IMG/VR virus record: IMGVR_UViG_3300045988_175656
Length of the DNA: 64,000 bases
Origin: a virus
Direction: 5' to 3' (one strand)
Part shown: positions 1 to 9,916 of the stretch, one piece after another
Position numbering within the stretch: position 1 is the first letter of the stretch
Layout of the letters: each line of letters starts with the position of its first letter
Notes under the pieces: generated by a model
What the model saw: only the letters and a program-made list of their open reading frames with translations
Told to the model about the DNA's origin: nothing
The model's database searches: none
Program-made: the position numbers and the translations under genes

Positions 1-1980
1 ACAGTAAAATCATTAAATGATTATGTTTCTGAAGCTGCATATAACGCTTTTTCAACACAAAAAAGTGTTGTGGATAGTGGGCAAAGAAGTGGTGCAAGAG
101 ATACTGATTTATTAAGATTTTTTGCTGGATGTGATACTATTGATGGTGTTGCAAAAAATTTAACAGATGAATTTAAACAAGGAGAATCAAAAGTTGAAAA
201 AACTACTGAAACTAAAAAAGTTACCCCAGTTCCAAAACCAATTGTTGTTGAAGAAGTTCCAGAAGTAACAGGTTCAGTTGTTTTTTACGTTTTTTATCCA
301 AATAATTATTCAGGTTCTTATGATACACCTGATAGTAAAGTTGAAGCAATGGCATATTTGCTTAATGGGGCTGTTTGTCAGAAACATGGAAAAGAAGATA
401 TTCCAATATCATTTAGCACATTACGAAATATTGCTAATGGAACAAATGGTATTGGTACTGGATATGAAATGACAACAAATGAAGGTGTTTCTGATTATAA
501 ATCAACATATGATTTCAATGAAGAAGAGATGTGGATAACAGGAACAACAGCAGCTAAAAAGATATGGAAATATCGTATTGATGGTGGATATGATGAAAAA
601 AATGATAATGTTAGAAATTATTATAATCAACAATTATTATTAAAAGCAAATTATTCAGATAAAAATGGTAGTGGAGAAAACAATAACACTTTAAATTCGA
701 ATTATAAGGCTGTTCAATCAGCGTTTAATGTAACAGAGATTGATTCTCTATATTCATTTGCTGAAATTGCTTATGTGTTATCTGATAGTGAAGAAGCTAA
801 AAATATTATAGAAGGTAAATTAATTAGAGCATTAGGAGATAGCCAATTGGTTACTGAGCGTTTAAACAAATTAAAAGAGTTGTTTGATAATTTTACTATA
901 ACAAAGGCGATGTCCTATGGACACGCAAATACTCATGGAAATAACCCTAATAATAAAACTAATATTGAAAGAAATGATAAATTAGCTGAAAATAGGGCAA
1001 AAAGTGTTGCTGATTGGTTAAATAAAACTAAATATTTTACAACAAATGCAGTTTCTTTTATAAAAGAAGATGTTGATGTTGTAACAGGACAAGATGTGTC
1101 AAGCATTGATGCTAAAAAATGGCGTTCAGCTCGTGTCAAAATAGAATATAGAATGTCTGGTACTAAAAAATTAGCTGAAACTAATCAAACAAATATATCT
1201 GAGGATGGTGAAATTTTAGAACAAGGATTACAAGAATATGTTGGTTATAATACTAAAATTGATGAAAATGGAAAAACAATTTATGAAGATGCTAATGGGC
1301 AGATATGGGAAAAAGATTCAGATGGAAATCTTGTATTGTCAATTGTTTTAGATACTATTATACCTGCAAGTGCAACTTCAAGAAATGAAGAATTTAACAA
1401 TATTAGATATGACCAAGAGTATCGTTTTTTTAAAGTATTAAAAGAAAAAAGTCCTTCAATTTTTGAACAACTAAAAGAAAAAATTAAGTATTTTGACCCT
1501 GCATTTCATAGTATGACACCTGAAGGTTTTAATGGAAGATTAAATTTTCTACATCAATGTACTCGTCAAGGTAATACAATTGGGGCATCAGATTCAAACA
1601 ATGCTAAAACTGCAACAAATTTAGCATTTGGTAGACCACCAATATGTGTTCTTAGACTTGGGGATTTTTATTATACTGAAATTGTTATTACTAATATGAC
1701 AATAACATATGACCCACTTCAATGGGATTTAAATAGCGAAGGTATTGGTGTACAACCATTAATTGCAAATATTAATTTAACATTTAATTTTATTGGTGGT
1801 TCAGATTTAGCAGGACCAATTAAAAGATTGCAAAATGCAATGTCATTTAATTATTATGCTAATACTGAAGTATATGATAATAGGGCTGATAGAGTAACTT
1901 ATCCTGAAAGTAAAAATGATAGTTCAACAGGGATGGATAATGCTGTATATGATGCTTATAATACAAAAATGAGTAATTAA
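1..1980 (+). CDS. Tail/baseplate-associated protein, 5'-truncated at the window edge, with an internal OmpA/MotB-like peptidoglycan-binding domain
   Basis: Frame 1 is open from nt 1 (TVKSLNDYVSEAAYNAFSTQKSV precedes the GTG at 70), so the gene starts upstream of the window. The C-terminal segment GRPPICVLRLGDFYYTEIVITNMTITYD...GVQPLIANINLTFNFIGG resembles the conserved C-terminal beta-motif of contractile-system tube/tube-initiator proteins. It sits directly upstream of a LysM-like gene and a giant lysin-bearing protein. Confidence 0.6.
   Translation, partial: TVKSLNDYVSEAAYNAFSTQKSVVDSGQRSGARDTDLLRFFAGCDTIDGVAKNLTDEFKQGESKVEKTTETKKVTPVPKPIVVEEVPEVTGSVVFYVFYPNNYSGSYDTPDSKVEAMAYLLNGAVCQKHGKEDIPISFSTLRNIANGTNGIGTGYEMTTNEGVSDYKSTYDFNEEEMWITGTTAAKKIWKYRIDGGYDEKNDNVRNYYNQQLLLKANYSDKNGSGENNNTLNSNYKAVQSAFNVTEIDSLYSFAEIAYVLSDSEEAKNIIEGKLIRALGDSQLVTERLNKLKELFDNFTITKAMSYGHANTHGNNPNNKTNIERNDKLAENRAKSVADWLNKTKYFTTNAVSFIKEDVDVVTGQDVSSIDAKKWRSARVKIEYRMSGTKKLAETNQTNISEDGEILEQGLQEYVGYNTKIDENGKTIYEDANGQIWEKDSDGNLVLSIVLDTIIPASATSRNEEFNNIRYDQEYRFFKVLKEKSPSIFEQLKEKIKYFDPAFHSMTPEGFNGRLNFLHQCTRQGNTIGASDSNNAKTATNLAFGRPPICVLRLGDFYYTEIVITNMTITYDPLQWDLNSEGIGVQPLIANINLTFNFIGGSDLAGPIKRLQNAMSFNYYANTEVYDNRADRVTYPESKNDSSTGMDNAVYDAYNTKMSN
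840..1155 (+). other. OmpA_C/MotB-like peptidoglycan-binding domain inside the first CDS
   Basis: GHANTHGNNPNNKTNIERNDKLAENRAKSVADWL ... WRSARVKIEY matches the OmpA-like signature GHTDxxG...N..LSxxRAxxVxxYL ... NRRVEI. Confidence 0.6.
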
Positions 1981-1981
1981 A

Positions 1982-2302
1982 ATGAATACATACGATAGAT
2001 ACAGTAAATTTAGAGAGAATGGAACTATAAAAATTGTTCCATTCATTAAAATATCGCCAAAAGAAAGTGATATAATTGTAACTTATGAACGTGGGGTTAC
2101 AAGATTAGATATTTTATCATACAAATATTATTATAATCCTAATTATGGGTGGCTTATATTACAGGCAAATCCTCAATATGGTTCAATGGAATTTTCAATT
2201 CCAGATAAAGCTGAATTAAGAATACCATATCCATTAGATTTAACATTAAAACAATATAATACAGATATTGATACATATATGAAAGTCAATGGTTTAGATT
2301 AA
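1982..2302 (+). CDS. LysM-like small tail protein (P2 gpX-like)
   Basis: TRLDILSYKYYYNPNYGWLILQANPQYG...IPDKAELRIPYP follows the LysM/tail-protein-X pattern (xxLDxIxxxYYGxxxxxxxIxxAN...IP). It starts 2 nt after the upstream stop. Confidence 0.5.
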   Translation: MNTYDRYSKFRENGTIKIVPFIKISPKESDIIVTYERGVTRLDILSYKYYYNPNYGWLILQANPQYGSMEFSIPDKAELRIPYPLDLTLKQYNTDIDTYMKVNGLD

Positions 2303-2304
2303 AG

Positions 2305-2336
2305 ATTGACTTTATGTATAAAATAAATTATTTTTT
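2305..2336 (+). promoter_or_regulatory. Candidate late promoter, TTGACT(-35-like)-N17-TATTTT(-10-like)
   Basis: ATTGACTTT at 2305-2313, a 14-nt spacer, then TTATTTTTT at 2328-2336, in the 47-nt gap before the 2193-aa gene. The same composite motif occurs at 23151 and 55901. Confidence 0.45.
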
Positions 2337-2349
2337 AAATAAAAATTAG

Positions 2350-5300
2350 ATGGCAGAGAAAGACCAAGATGTATTTAAAACATCAAAAAGTCGTATAGTA
2401 TATACAGAACCTAATTTTGTTAACGGGGTTACAGCAAATGGAGTTGATTTATCAGTTCCATTAGAGGATTTATGTATTAGTGTAAATCTTATTGCTGAAG
2501 TTAAACCTCGTTATGCTTCTGACTTAAATAATGGAAATAGTGAAATACAAATATTATCATGGGGAACTAATGATAGTGAAAAAGTGTCATTTTTTTCAGG
2601 AATAAAGTTAGATAGAAATAGTGATGATAGATATTTAACATCATATTTTACTGATATTACTTATGATGATTCAAAAAATGGAAAAGTAATTGAAGGATTG
2701 GGTATTGATTCAATTGATATTAATTTTGAATCTTGGTACACTCCAACTGTTGTTATTAAATTTGTTGATGTTAGGGGTAGTTCTATGTTAGTTCCAAATG
2801 AATATGATGATGAAAATAAAAGTTCATCATATTATACAGGTGAAAAATTATATAAATGCTTTTTCACATTTCCTTATCCAAAATTTAAACTTTTGGTAAA
2901 AGGATTTTATGGAAAACCTGTTACTTTTCAATTAACATGTTCAAAATTCACAGGTAGTTTTAATTCTCAAAATGGTAATTTTGAAGCTACTGCAACTTTT
3001 ATTGGATATAATTATTCTTTGTTGACTGATATACAATTCCAGTATTTAATTGCTGCTCCTTATGATACATATTATGGTCAAAAATATTTCAATAATAATA
3101 GAAGTAGTGAAGCATGGTTATTAAGTGATGGAAGTGAAATGCCAACACTTAGGGAATTAGTGTATAAAATAGATTCTGCTATGGGTATTATTGATAAAAA
3201 AATGTCAACAGACCCAAATGTCATACAAAATAGAGCAATTGCTAATGAAAATGAAGCTTTACAAAACATTCAAAAAGCATATAATGACATGATGCGACAA
3301 TTCCAAAATGATTATAGCAATGTTGTTACAAGTAATGAAAAGCAGATTGTTTTTGGATTTGATTCAGGGGATGACATTAAACCAATCGAATATACTAAAG
3401 ATTACATAAGATACCAAAACATTTTTATTGATTTAATAAATGATTATAATGGAAATGAGTCTTATAAGAGTAGAATGATTGATAAGAGTAAATTGCCAAA
3501 TGGAACTAATGTTAAATTAGTTGAAGGGGATAAATTTATTCCTGTTAAAACATTTACTATAACAAAAAAAAATAATCTTATTGAAAATATAGCAGTTGTT
3601 AATAATTCAGTAGGAAATACAGTTGACAAAGCTCTTAAAAACAGAACTTTTAATGATAAGAGAACGCTAAATGATATTTTAATTAAGGATATTTCGACTA
3701 AGTGTACAAATAAATCAACTAAAATAAAAGAATATATCTATTTGTATAACATAAATGGATTTAGTGAAGAAATAGTTACTAAATTAGTTGATTGTGATAA
3801 TAGAATGGCAGCAATTCAACGAGATGTTGATATTTTTGTTAAAAATGCTGTGAAAGAAACAGTTGGTTTTGTTCCTACAATTGGTAATATGAGTAAAATA
3901 ATTTTTGCTCATTTGGAAACTTTTTTACAATCAATGAAACATTGTGTTGATAATATCAATGGAGAAATTAAAAATGGTGGCAGAACATTATCTTCATATA
4001 AAATTGATTTAAAAGATACTGATTTAAATTATGTAGATAACAATAACCCTATACCACCATTTCCATTATATCTTGATAGAGGTTCTAAAACACAATATTG
4101 TGGTGATAAAGATGACAATATGGATGTAATTGGTTGGATAGGTGATGTTAAAGGGGATTGTGAAGAAGTTTCATTAATTTATGGATATACCAAAGCAATG
4201 GAAACCATTAGTGAAATTAATAAGAGTAATAGAAGAGAATTAGATAATCATGGGAAAGTTCAAGAATATGTTCCAATTTCTCCTATTGATTTAAATTTTG
4301 ATAAAGGACCTTTCACTTATTCAAATGTTGATGGAGAAACTTTAGAAGATTTTATTGGTCATATTGGTTTAAGAGCTACTTTATTATTTGGATATTTGTT
4401 TAATCTTAAAGATAATTCAACATTTGATAAAAGTAAAATGAGTTTGTTTGCTGAACAAGCAGGTAAGGCAGATGCATATAATTATTATCTTCGTGGAATG
4501 ACAAAAGATGAAATAAACGAAAGAATTTTATCAAAATTAGGAAAAAGTGGGGAAAGAAGTGTTGATGATATTATTGAAGTTTTGCAATGTTCAGAAAATA
4601 AATTCAGTCAATATTTTCAGGGTTCTAAATCTTCACATTATGTTTTTGAACTTATTAAAGGTGGAACACATTATGATATGTCTAGAAACTCTATGCTGTT
4701 GAAAAGTACAAATAATTCATTAATTTATAATTATATATTTGTAAATAAAATAGATAATGACCAAAAGAATGATTTGTTTTTACTTCCAACAAGTCCGAAT
4801 AATTTTACTGGGTATATTGGAGAGTATGCCAAAGAAGGGAATCCTTTTAGAATACCATCATTTAATGGAAATATAAATACTTCTTGTATAACATTAAATG
4901 ACCAAGATATTGCACCAAATTATAATGGCACTGTTGATATGGAGAAATATACAAATCCATCTGTATGCAATATTTTCACTGAAAATAATGATGTTGAAAA
5001 ATTAATGAATTATTACAATTTATTAAAAAGTGGAGAAATTAATGTAAGAGATTATAAAAAAGCGTCTGATTTAAGTTCATTAGCTGATTTACTGTGGCAT
5101 GTTGATGATAAGGATATGTCCTCTTTTTATGATATAAATTGGGGTGGAAGTGGAGTAAATACAACATCATGGGGTGCTACTGTTGGTTCAATGCCATTAT
5201 ATAATCAAATTTTATATGATAAATTTGATTCTGAAAAACAACTTAAAATTTTACCTTCTTCCATATCAAAAGCTATGGAAGTTAAAGATATTAAAATATG

Positions 5301-8300
5301 GTCATTTAAAGATTGGTATGGTAAAAAAGAATTGAGAGATGGGGAAATTGTTTTGAATTCATTGAATGGTCAACCAAATAGTATTGATAACTTCACAATA
5401 CCTGAATTTCAAATTGTAGAAAATAGAGTTATGACCAGTTCATTATTTGGACACCCATTTTATTATATGCAAAATGGTAGCCTTATTGGAGAAGATGAAT
5501 ATGATAAAGTTCATAGAATTTTAAGAAGTAAAGCCTTACTTTTTATAATGTCTTTACCAATTCAGTACAACCGTTTTAATATTGGTAAAAATGTTAAAAA
5601 TGGTGGTATATTCAGAGTTCCTAAAGCGTTAACATTATTGATTGGTGGATTATTATGGCGTAAGAGATTATCTGATAAAAATAATATAGATGATGTATTC
5701 ATTTATGATGATGGATTACTTAAATTTACAAAGCCAAAATCGAATGGAAAAAGTTGTAATTCAATGTTGTATAATGCAAGCCGTTATGGGATGATTGATG
5801 TTAATTATTGGGGAATTAACATATCTGATTATTTTGGATATGATATATTTTCATTAAGACCATCAATTAAAAATAAATTTATTGAAGTATTTGAGAATTG
5901 GGTTTCAGATGTTAATGGTTTTAAATTCATACAAAAAAATTATGAATTGTTTAATAGAAATGGAAGTTCATTAACAACTAAAAATTTGATAGATTATAGT
6001 AATGAATGGACACGAGCTTATAGAAATGGTGAGTATGAAGCTGTGTTTAACCAACCAATAGCAATAAAAAGATTTCTAGATAAATTTAGTAATAGCTTTT
6101 TGGCTAATTATGCTTCATTTTATTCAGGTGAAGATATGAAATCTTTCAGATTGTTAAATCGTGAAGATACTCCTGTAATGGAAGCAGTGAAAAAGCTTTA
6201 TTCTTCAACTGATATGGTAACAATTGGTACTTATGCTGTATTAGGTACTGATTATGCTTATCCAAATCAAATTTCATTTGATATTGATTTAGCTAAGAGT
6301 TATTTTGGTTCTGTGATAAATACTTTGGAGTCTATTGTGAATGATAAGGGAAGTACTGATACTAAAGAAGATGTGCCAACTGATTTATCAGATAATAGGG
6401 ATATAAACATTGCAATGTATAGTTATTTGAAAAATATATATGATAAATGGTTAACTGGTATTGATATTTCATTTTTTAATGTAGATAGATTTTTTAAGAA
6501 AAATTTCATATTTGTTGATTCATTTTATAGAAATATTAGAAATAAAATGATTATAAATTGTGAATATTTTGCTAAAAGATATTATGAAATGGCAGATACA
6601 AGTACATTATATTCTTTTTTAGCTGATTTATATTCACATCATGGAATGCTATTTACTCCAATGTCACATTTCCTTAATTGGGCTGAAGAGGATGTTTTAA
6701 AAGATATGTTTAAGCCTATGCCACATAATTCAATGCCACCAATTGAAGAAGATAATAAATTTATTTGTATGTATGTTCATGAACCGTCAAAAAATTTAAA
6801 TATGGGTAGTGGCAATACATCTTATGGATATAAATATGATGGTTTTGATATATGGACACCAAATGAAGGAACAAGTGTTCAACCAAGAATATTTACACAA
6901 GATAGTCAAAATACGAATGATACAGTATTAGGGGATGTAGAAGAAACAAGGTATGCTTATAACATACCTGCTTTTGGTGTGGCATTTGGTAAGGCTAATC
7001 AATCTTATTTCAAAAATATTTCAGTAAATATGGATAATCCCACTACTACTGAATATTCCATTAAAGCAATATGGAAAATTGCTGAATTAGCTAAAAATAG
7101 TACAACAAAAGTTCAATTTTTAGGACAAGATTTGTATGCAGTTTGGTCTAATTATTCTTTTACTTGTGAGGTGGAAATGTTAGGATGTGCACAAGTACAA
7201 CCGTTAATGTATTTTCAATTGTTAAATATTCCAATGTTTAGGGGAACATATATTATTACAAAAGTATCACATCATTTATCACCTGGTAATATGATAACAA
7301 GATTTACTGGCGTAAAATTGTCTAAAAATGGTCAGCCATTCAATACACAACCATTTGGTATGTTAGGAATATTATCTAAAAATGGAAGTGGATATTTTGG
7401 AGAATGGACTAAAAATTATACAACATCTTATGATAGTACATTACCAAATTCAATTGGTGATTATTATGTATATAATGACCCTGAAACAATAGTTGTTCCT
7501 TCAAATGATTGTGGTTGTGGTAAAGATAGTGGATGGGATGGTTTAAGTCCTATTATGAAAAAATTATTTTATGCTTTACGTGGTAGTGTTGAAAGCATTG
7601 AAGGTAATGAAGGTGGTAAGGAATGGACTATATGCATATCAAGTGGTCAAAGACCTGAAAGTGTTGGAAGTGACCATCAGTTTGGAAATGCTATGGATTT
7701 ACAAATTAAAAGGAAAGGTGTTGTTATAGGCGCAGGTCAAGATAAAAAAGAATTGGGAATCGTGTTTGATATAATAGTAACTACTTATTCTGAGTATATA
7801 AATCAATTGATTATGGAATATAAAACTAGTTCTATTATGATGAATAATTTTAATATGTTTCATACTATTCACTTTTCTTCATATGGCAAAAATGCTGAAA
7901 GAAATAAAAAAATGATTTGGCAAGCATATTCTCCATCAGGAAGCAATGTAAGAGCATTTTTTAAGCAACCATCATGGAAATATGATACAGATTATTCATC
8001 TACAAATCAAATTGATTGGAATAAACAAATTGGTTTTAGTATTAACGAAGATGTTATAACAAGCGATTTCACAAGTAGTCCTTTTCTTAAAACGAATGAT
8101 AAAGAAGATGAAAATGTTAAAAAATCTAATGAAGCTTTATCTTATATTTCTCCTTATTATAAGGAGACTAGTAAAAAACGTGTATATAGTTTTTTACCAA
8201 ATAGATTGATTGATTTTAAGAAAATATTTACATCTTATAGTAATGTTGATGATACAACTTTAAAATATTTTTTAGGCATAAATAATACTTTATTTGGATT

Positions 8301-8931
8301 ATCTTATTTAACTAAAAATAAAAGTACATCAGGCTACACATCACAAAAAAGATGTAATGATGTAAATGCATTTGTTAATAGATTGGAACAAATATCTCAA
8401 CAATGGAAATTTAACCCTAATTGGTTAATGATTGTTATGGCATCAGAAAGTGGTCTAGACCCATCAGCATATAATAGTAGTGGTGGAGCAACTGGATTAA
8501 TACAATTCATGCCATCTTACTATAAAGATAAATGGAATTTGACTTCTGAACAAATGAGAAGTATGGATGCAACTAAACAATTGGAATATGTTAGTAAATA
8601 TTTTTCTGAATGGAAAGATGCTAAATATATTCATCCAGTTGATATGTATTTGATAACATTAGCTCCTGCTGTATTATTTGTTAATAATCGTAACGCAAAT
8701 AGTGTTGTATATTCATCAGATAGTGCTAATCACCCAAGTATAATACCTTCTTTATCATCAGGAAGTACATCTGAGTATAATGGCAATAAAGGATTTGATG
8801 TTGATAATAAAGGGTATATAACAATTAAAGATGTTCAAAATAGGTTTGTAAAGAAAGCATATGAATTTGCTAAAACTGAAGATGAAAAAACACAGTTAAA
8901 TTATATTTTATCTTCATCAACTTATGTTTAA
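2350..8931 (+). CDS. Giant (2193 aa) virion/tail-associated multidomain protein with two C-terminal cell-wall hydrolase domains (tape-measure or hub candidate)
   Basis: An uninterrupted 6.6-kb ORF in AT-rich DNA. It has M15-like and SLT-like motifs near the C-terminus. The segment VQPLMYFQLLNIPMFRGTYIITKVSHHLSPGNMITRFTGVK resembles the end of gpD/gp27-type hub domains. Confidence 0.75.
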   Translation: MAEKDQDVFKTSKSRIVYTEPNFVNGVTANGVDLSVPLEDLCISVNLIAEVKPRYASDLNNGNSEIQILSWGTNDSEKVSFFSGIKLDRNSDDRYLTSYFTDITYDDSKNGKVIEGLGIDSIDINFESWYTPTVVIKFVDVRGSSMLVPNEYDDENKSSSYYTGEKLYKCFFTFPYPKFKLLVKGFYGKPVTFQLTCSKFTGSFNSQNGNFEATATFIGYNYSLLTDIQFQYLIAAPYDTYYGQKYFNNNRSSEAWLLSDGSEMPTLRELVYKIDSAMGIIDKKMSTDPNVIQNRAIANENEALQNIQKAYNDMMRQFQNDYSNVVTSNEKQIVFGFDSGDDIKPIEYTKDYIRYQNIFIDLINDYNGNESYKSRMIDKSKLPNGTNVKLVEGDKFIPVKTFTITKKNNLIENIAVVNNSVGNTVDKALKNRTFNDKRTLNDILIKDISTKCTNKSTKIKEYIYLYNINGFSEEIVTKLVDCDNRMAAIQRDVDIFVKNAVKETVGFVPTIGNMSKIIFAHLETFLQSMKHCVDNINGEIKNGGRTLSSYKIDLKDTDLNYVDNNNPIPPFPLYLDRGSKTQYCGDKDDNMDVIGWIGDVKGDCEEVSLIYGYTKAMETISEINKSNRRELDNHGKVQEYVPISPIDLNFDKGPFTYSNVDGETLEDFIGHIGLRATLLFGYLFNLKDNSTFDKSKMSLFAEQAGKADAYNYYLRGMTKDEINERILSKLGKSGERSVDDIIEVLQCSENKFSQYFQGSKSSHYVFELIKGGTHYDMSRNSMLLKSTNNSLIYNYIFVNKIDNDQKNDLFLLPTSPNNFTGYIGEYAKEGNPFRIPSFNGNINTSCITLNDQDIAPNYNGTVDMEKYTNPSVCNIFTENNDVEKLMNYYNLLKSGEINVRDYKKASDLSSLADLLWHVDDKDMSSFYDINWGGSGVNTTSWGATVGSMPLYNQILYDKFDSEKQLKILPSSISKAMEVKDIKIWSFKDWYGKKELRDGEIVLNSLNGQPNSIDNFTIPEFQIVENRVMTSSLFGHPFYYMQNGSLIGEDEYDKVHRILRSKALLFIMSLPIQYNRFNIGKNVKNGGIFRVPKALTLLIGGLLWRKRLSDKNNIDDVFIYDDGLLKFTKPKSNGKSCNSMLYNASRYGMIDVNYWGINISDYFGYDIFSLRPSIKNKFIEVFENWVSDVNGFKFIQKNYELFNRNGSSLTTKNLIDYSNEWTRAYRNGEYEAVFNQPIAIKRFLDKFSNSFLANYASFYSGEDMKSFRLLNREDTPVMEAVKKLYSSTDMVTIGTYAVLGTDYAYPNQISFDIDLAKSYFGSVINTLESIVNDKGSTDTKEDVPTDLSDNRDINIAMYSYLKNIYDKWLTGIDISFFNVDRFFKKNFIFVDSFYRNIRNKMIINCEYFAKRYYEMADTSTLYSFLADLYSHHGMLFTPMSHFLNWAEEDVLKDMFKPMPHNSMPPIEEDNKFICMYVHEPSKNLNMGSGNTSYGYKYDGFDIWTPNEGTSVQPRIFTQDSQNTNDTVLGDVEETRYAYNIPAFGVAFGKANQSYFKNISVNMDNPTTTEYSIKAIWKIAELAKNSTTKVQFLGQDLYAVWSNYSFTCEVEMLGCAQVQPLMYFQLLNIPMFRGTYIITKVSHHLSPGNMITRFTGVKLSKNGQPFNTQPFGMLGILSKNGSGYFGEWTKNYTTSYDSTLPNSIGDYYVYNDPETIVVPSNDCGCGKDSGWDGLSPIMKKLFYALRGSVESIEGNEGGKEWTICISSGQRPESVGSDHQFGNAMDLQIKRKGVVIGAGQDKKELGIVFDIIVTTYSEYINQLIMEYKTSSIMMNNFNMFHTIHFSSYGKNAERNKKMIWQAYSPSGSNVRAFFKQPSWKYDTDYSSTNQIDWNKQIGFSINEDVITSDFTSSPFLKTNDKEDENVKKSNEALSYISPYYKETSKKRVYSFLPNRLIDFKKIFTSYSNVDDTTLKYFLGINNTLFGLSYLTKNKSTSGYTSQKRCNDVNAFVNRLEQISQQWKFNPNWLMIVMASESGLDPSAYNSSGGATGLIQFMPSYYKDKWNLTSEQMRSMDATKQLEYVSKYFSEWKDAKYIHPVDMYLITLAPAVLFVNNRNANSVVYSSDSANHPSIIPSLSSGSTSEYNGNKGFDVDNKGYITIKDVQNRFVKKAYEFAKTEDEKTQLNYILSSSTYV
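7540..7900 (+). other. Peptidase M15 (VanY / L-alanyl-D-glutamate peptidase)-like domain
   Basis: ISSGQRPESVGSDHQFGNAMDLQI matches SGxR...SxHxxGxAxD. A downstream FHTIHFSS supplies the distal His. Confidence 0.6.
8340..8720 (+). other. Soluble lytic transglycosylase (SLT)-like domain
   Basis: NWLMIVMASESGLDPSAYNSSGGATGLIQFMPS contains the catalytic E-S and the GLxQ motifs of SLT/GH23 domains. Confidence 0.7.
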
Positions 8932-8933
8932 CA

Positions 8934-8967
8934 TTTGCATATATGAAAAATTTGTGGTATATTTGCA
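8934..8967 (+). promoter_or_regulatory. Early promoter, Bacteroidota type (TTTG -33 / TAtaTTTG -7)
   Basis: TTTG at 8934-8937, about 21 nt of spacer, then GGTATATTTGCA ending at 8967. It lies 32 nt upstream of the ATG at 8999. Confidence 0.6.
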
Positions 8968-8998
8968 GTATAGTTATGGATTTTATAAATAATAAACC

Positions 8999-9592
8999 AT
9001 GTGTATTGCAAATATAGTCACAAAAAGAAAAGTAACATTTGATTCATTGATTTGTAAATGTAAGAGTATTAATGATATAGATTCAACAAAACCAACTCTT
9101 ATTATAGGGTGGGAAGAAGTTAAATCAATATATGGGAAGGATATATCCATATTGGAAAAACAAATTAATGAAAAAGTATTCTGGACATTTGATAAAACTG
9201 AAAGAAGAAATGATTATGAAAAAGATATAAATGCTTTTTATTATTTCATTATTAAAGACTTAATAAAAAATGTTAAATATTCATTTATTAATGTTATAAC
9301 AGCACAATATTCCTTAATAAAGAGATTTCTTAATTTTGTTAAGGGAAACAAAACAAAGTATATATATATTGATAATAATAGATTTGTGTTCATATATTGT
9401 GATGGTGTTGTATGTGGAATATCTTTAGATGATTTGAGATATATGGATATTAACATTAATAAATGTTTAAATATATTAAAATCTAATTCAAATAATCATA
9501 TTGTAGAGAATGATTCGTTTCTTTCAATTAAATTAAAACGTATAATTGGTGATGATAAAATGATAATACCTTATTTATACTCAATTATTTAG
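8999..9592 (+). CDS. Hypothetical protein (197 aa)
   Basis: An ATG-initiated ORF directly downstream of an early promoter box. I recognised no motif. Confidence 0.5.
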   Translation: MCIANIVTKRKVTFDSLICKCKSINDIDSTKPTLIIGWEEVKSIYGKDISILEKQINEKVFWTFDKTERRNDYEKDINAFYYFIIKDLIKNVKYSFINVITAQYSLIKRFLNFVKGNKTKYIYIDNNRFVFIYCDGVVCGISLDDLRYMDININKCLNILKSNSNNHIVENDSFLSIKLKRIIGDDKMIIPYLYSII

Positions 9593-9627
9593 ATTTATGA
9601 AATATTTATCTAAAAAAGTAATAATAT

Positions 9628-9909
9628 ATGGCACAACGTTTTTTTAATAAGACTACACGTGTAAAATACGTTAGACCTTATAGTAATAATGCAATGGTGA
9701 AAGCTGAAGCTATTGCAGAAAATAAAGAAGAAATTATGATTGATAATAAAAAAATAGAACAAGTAGAAGATTTACTTAACAATATGGAAGGTAAACCAAT
9801 GCCAAAACAAAGAGTTAAAGTTGATAAAAAAGACAAAGGCATTATTGAAAGAACTGAAAACTCAAAAATAGTTCTAACTGAAGATAATAAGATGGTATTA
9901 AACGACTAA
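9628..9909 (+). CDS. Hypothetical protein (93 aa)
   Basis: An ORF in the same orientation and operon as its neighbours. I recognised no motif. Confidence 0.45.
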   Translation: MAQRFFNKTTRVKYVRPYSNNAMVKAEAIAENKEEIMIDNKKIEQVEDLLNNMEGKPMPKQRVKVDKKDKGIIERTENSKIVLTEDNKMVLND

Positions 9910-9916
9910 TTTTCCA

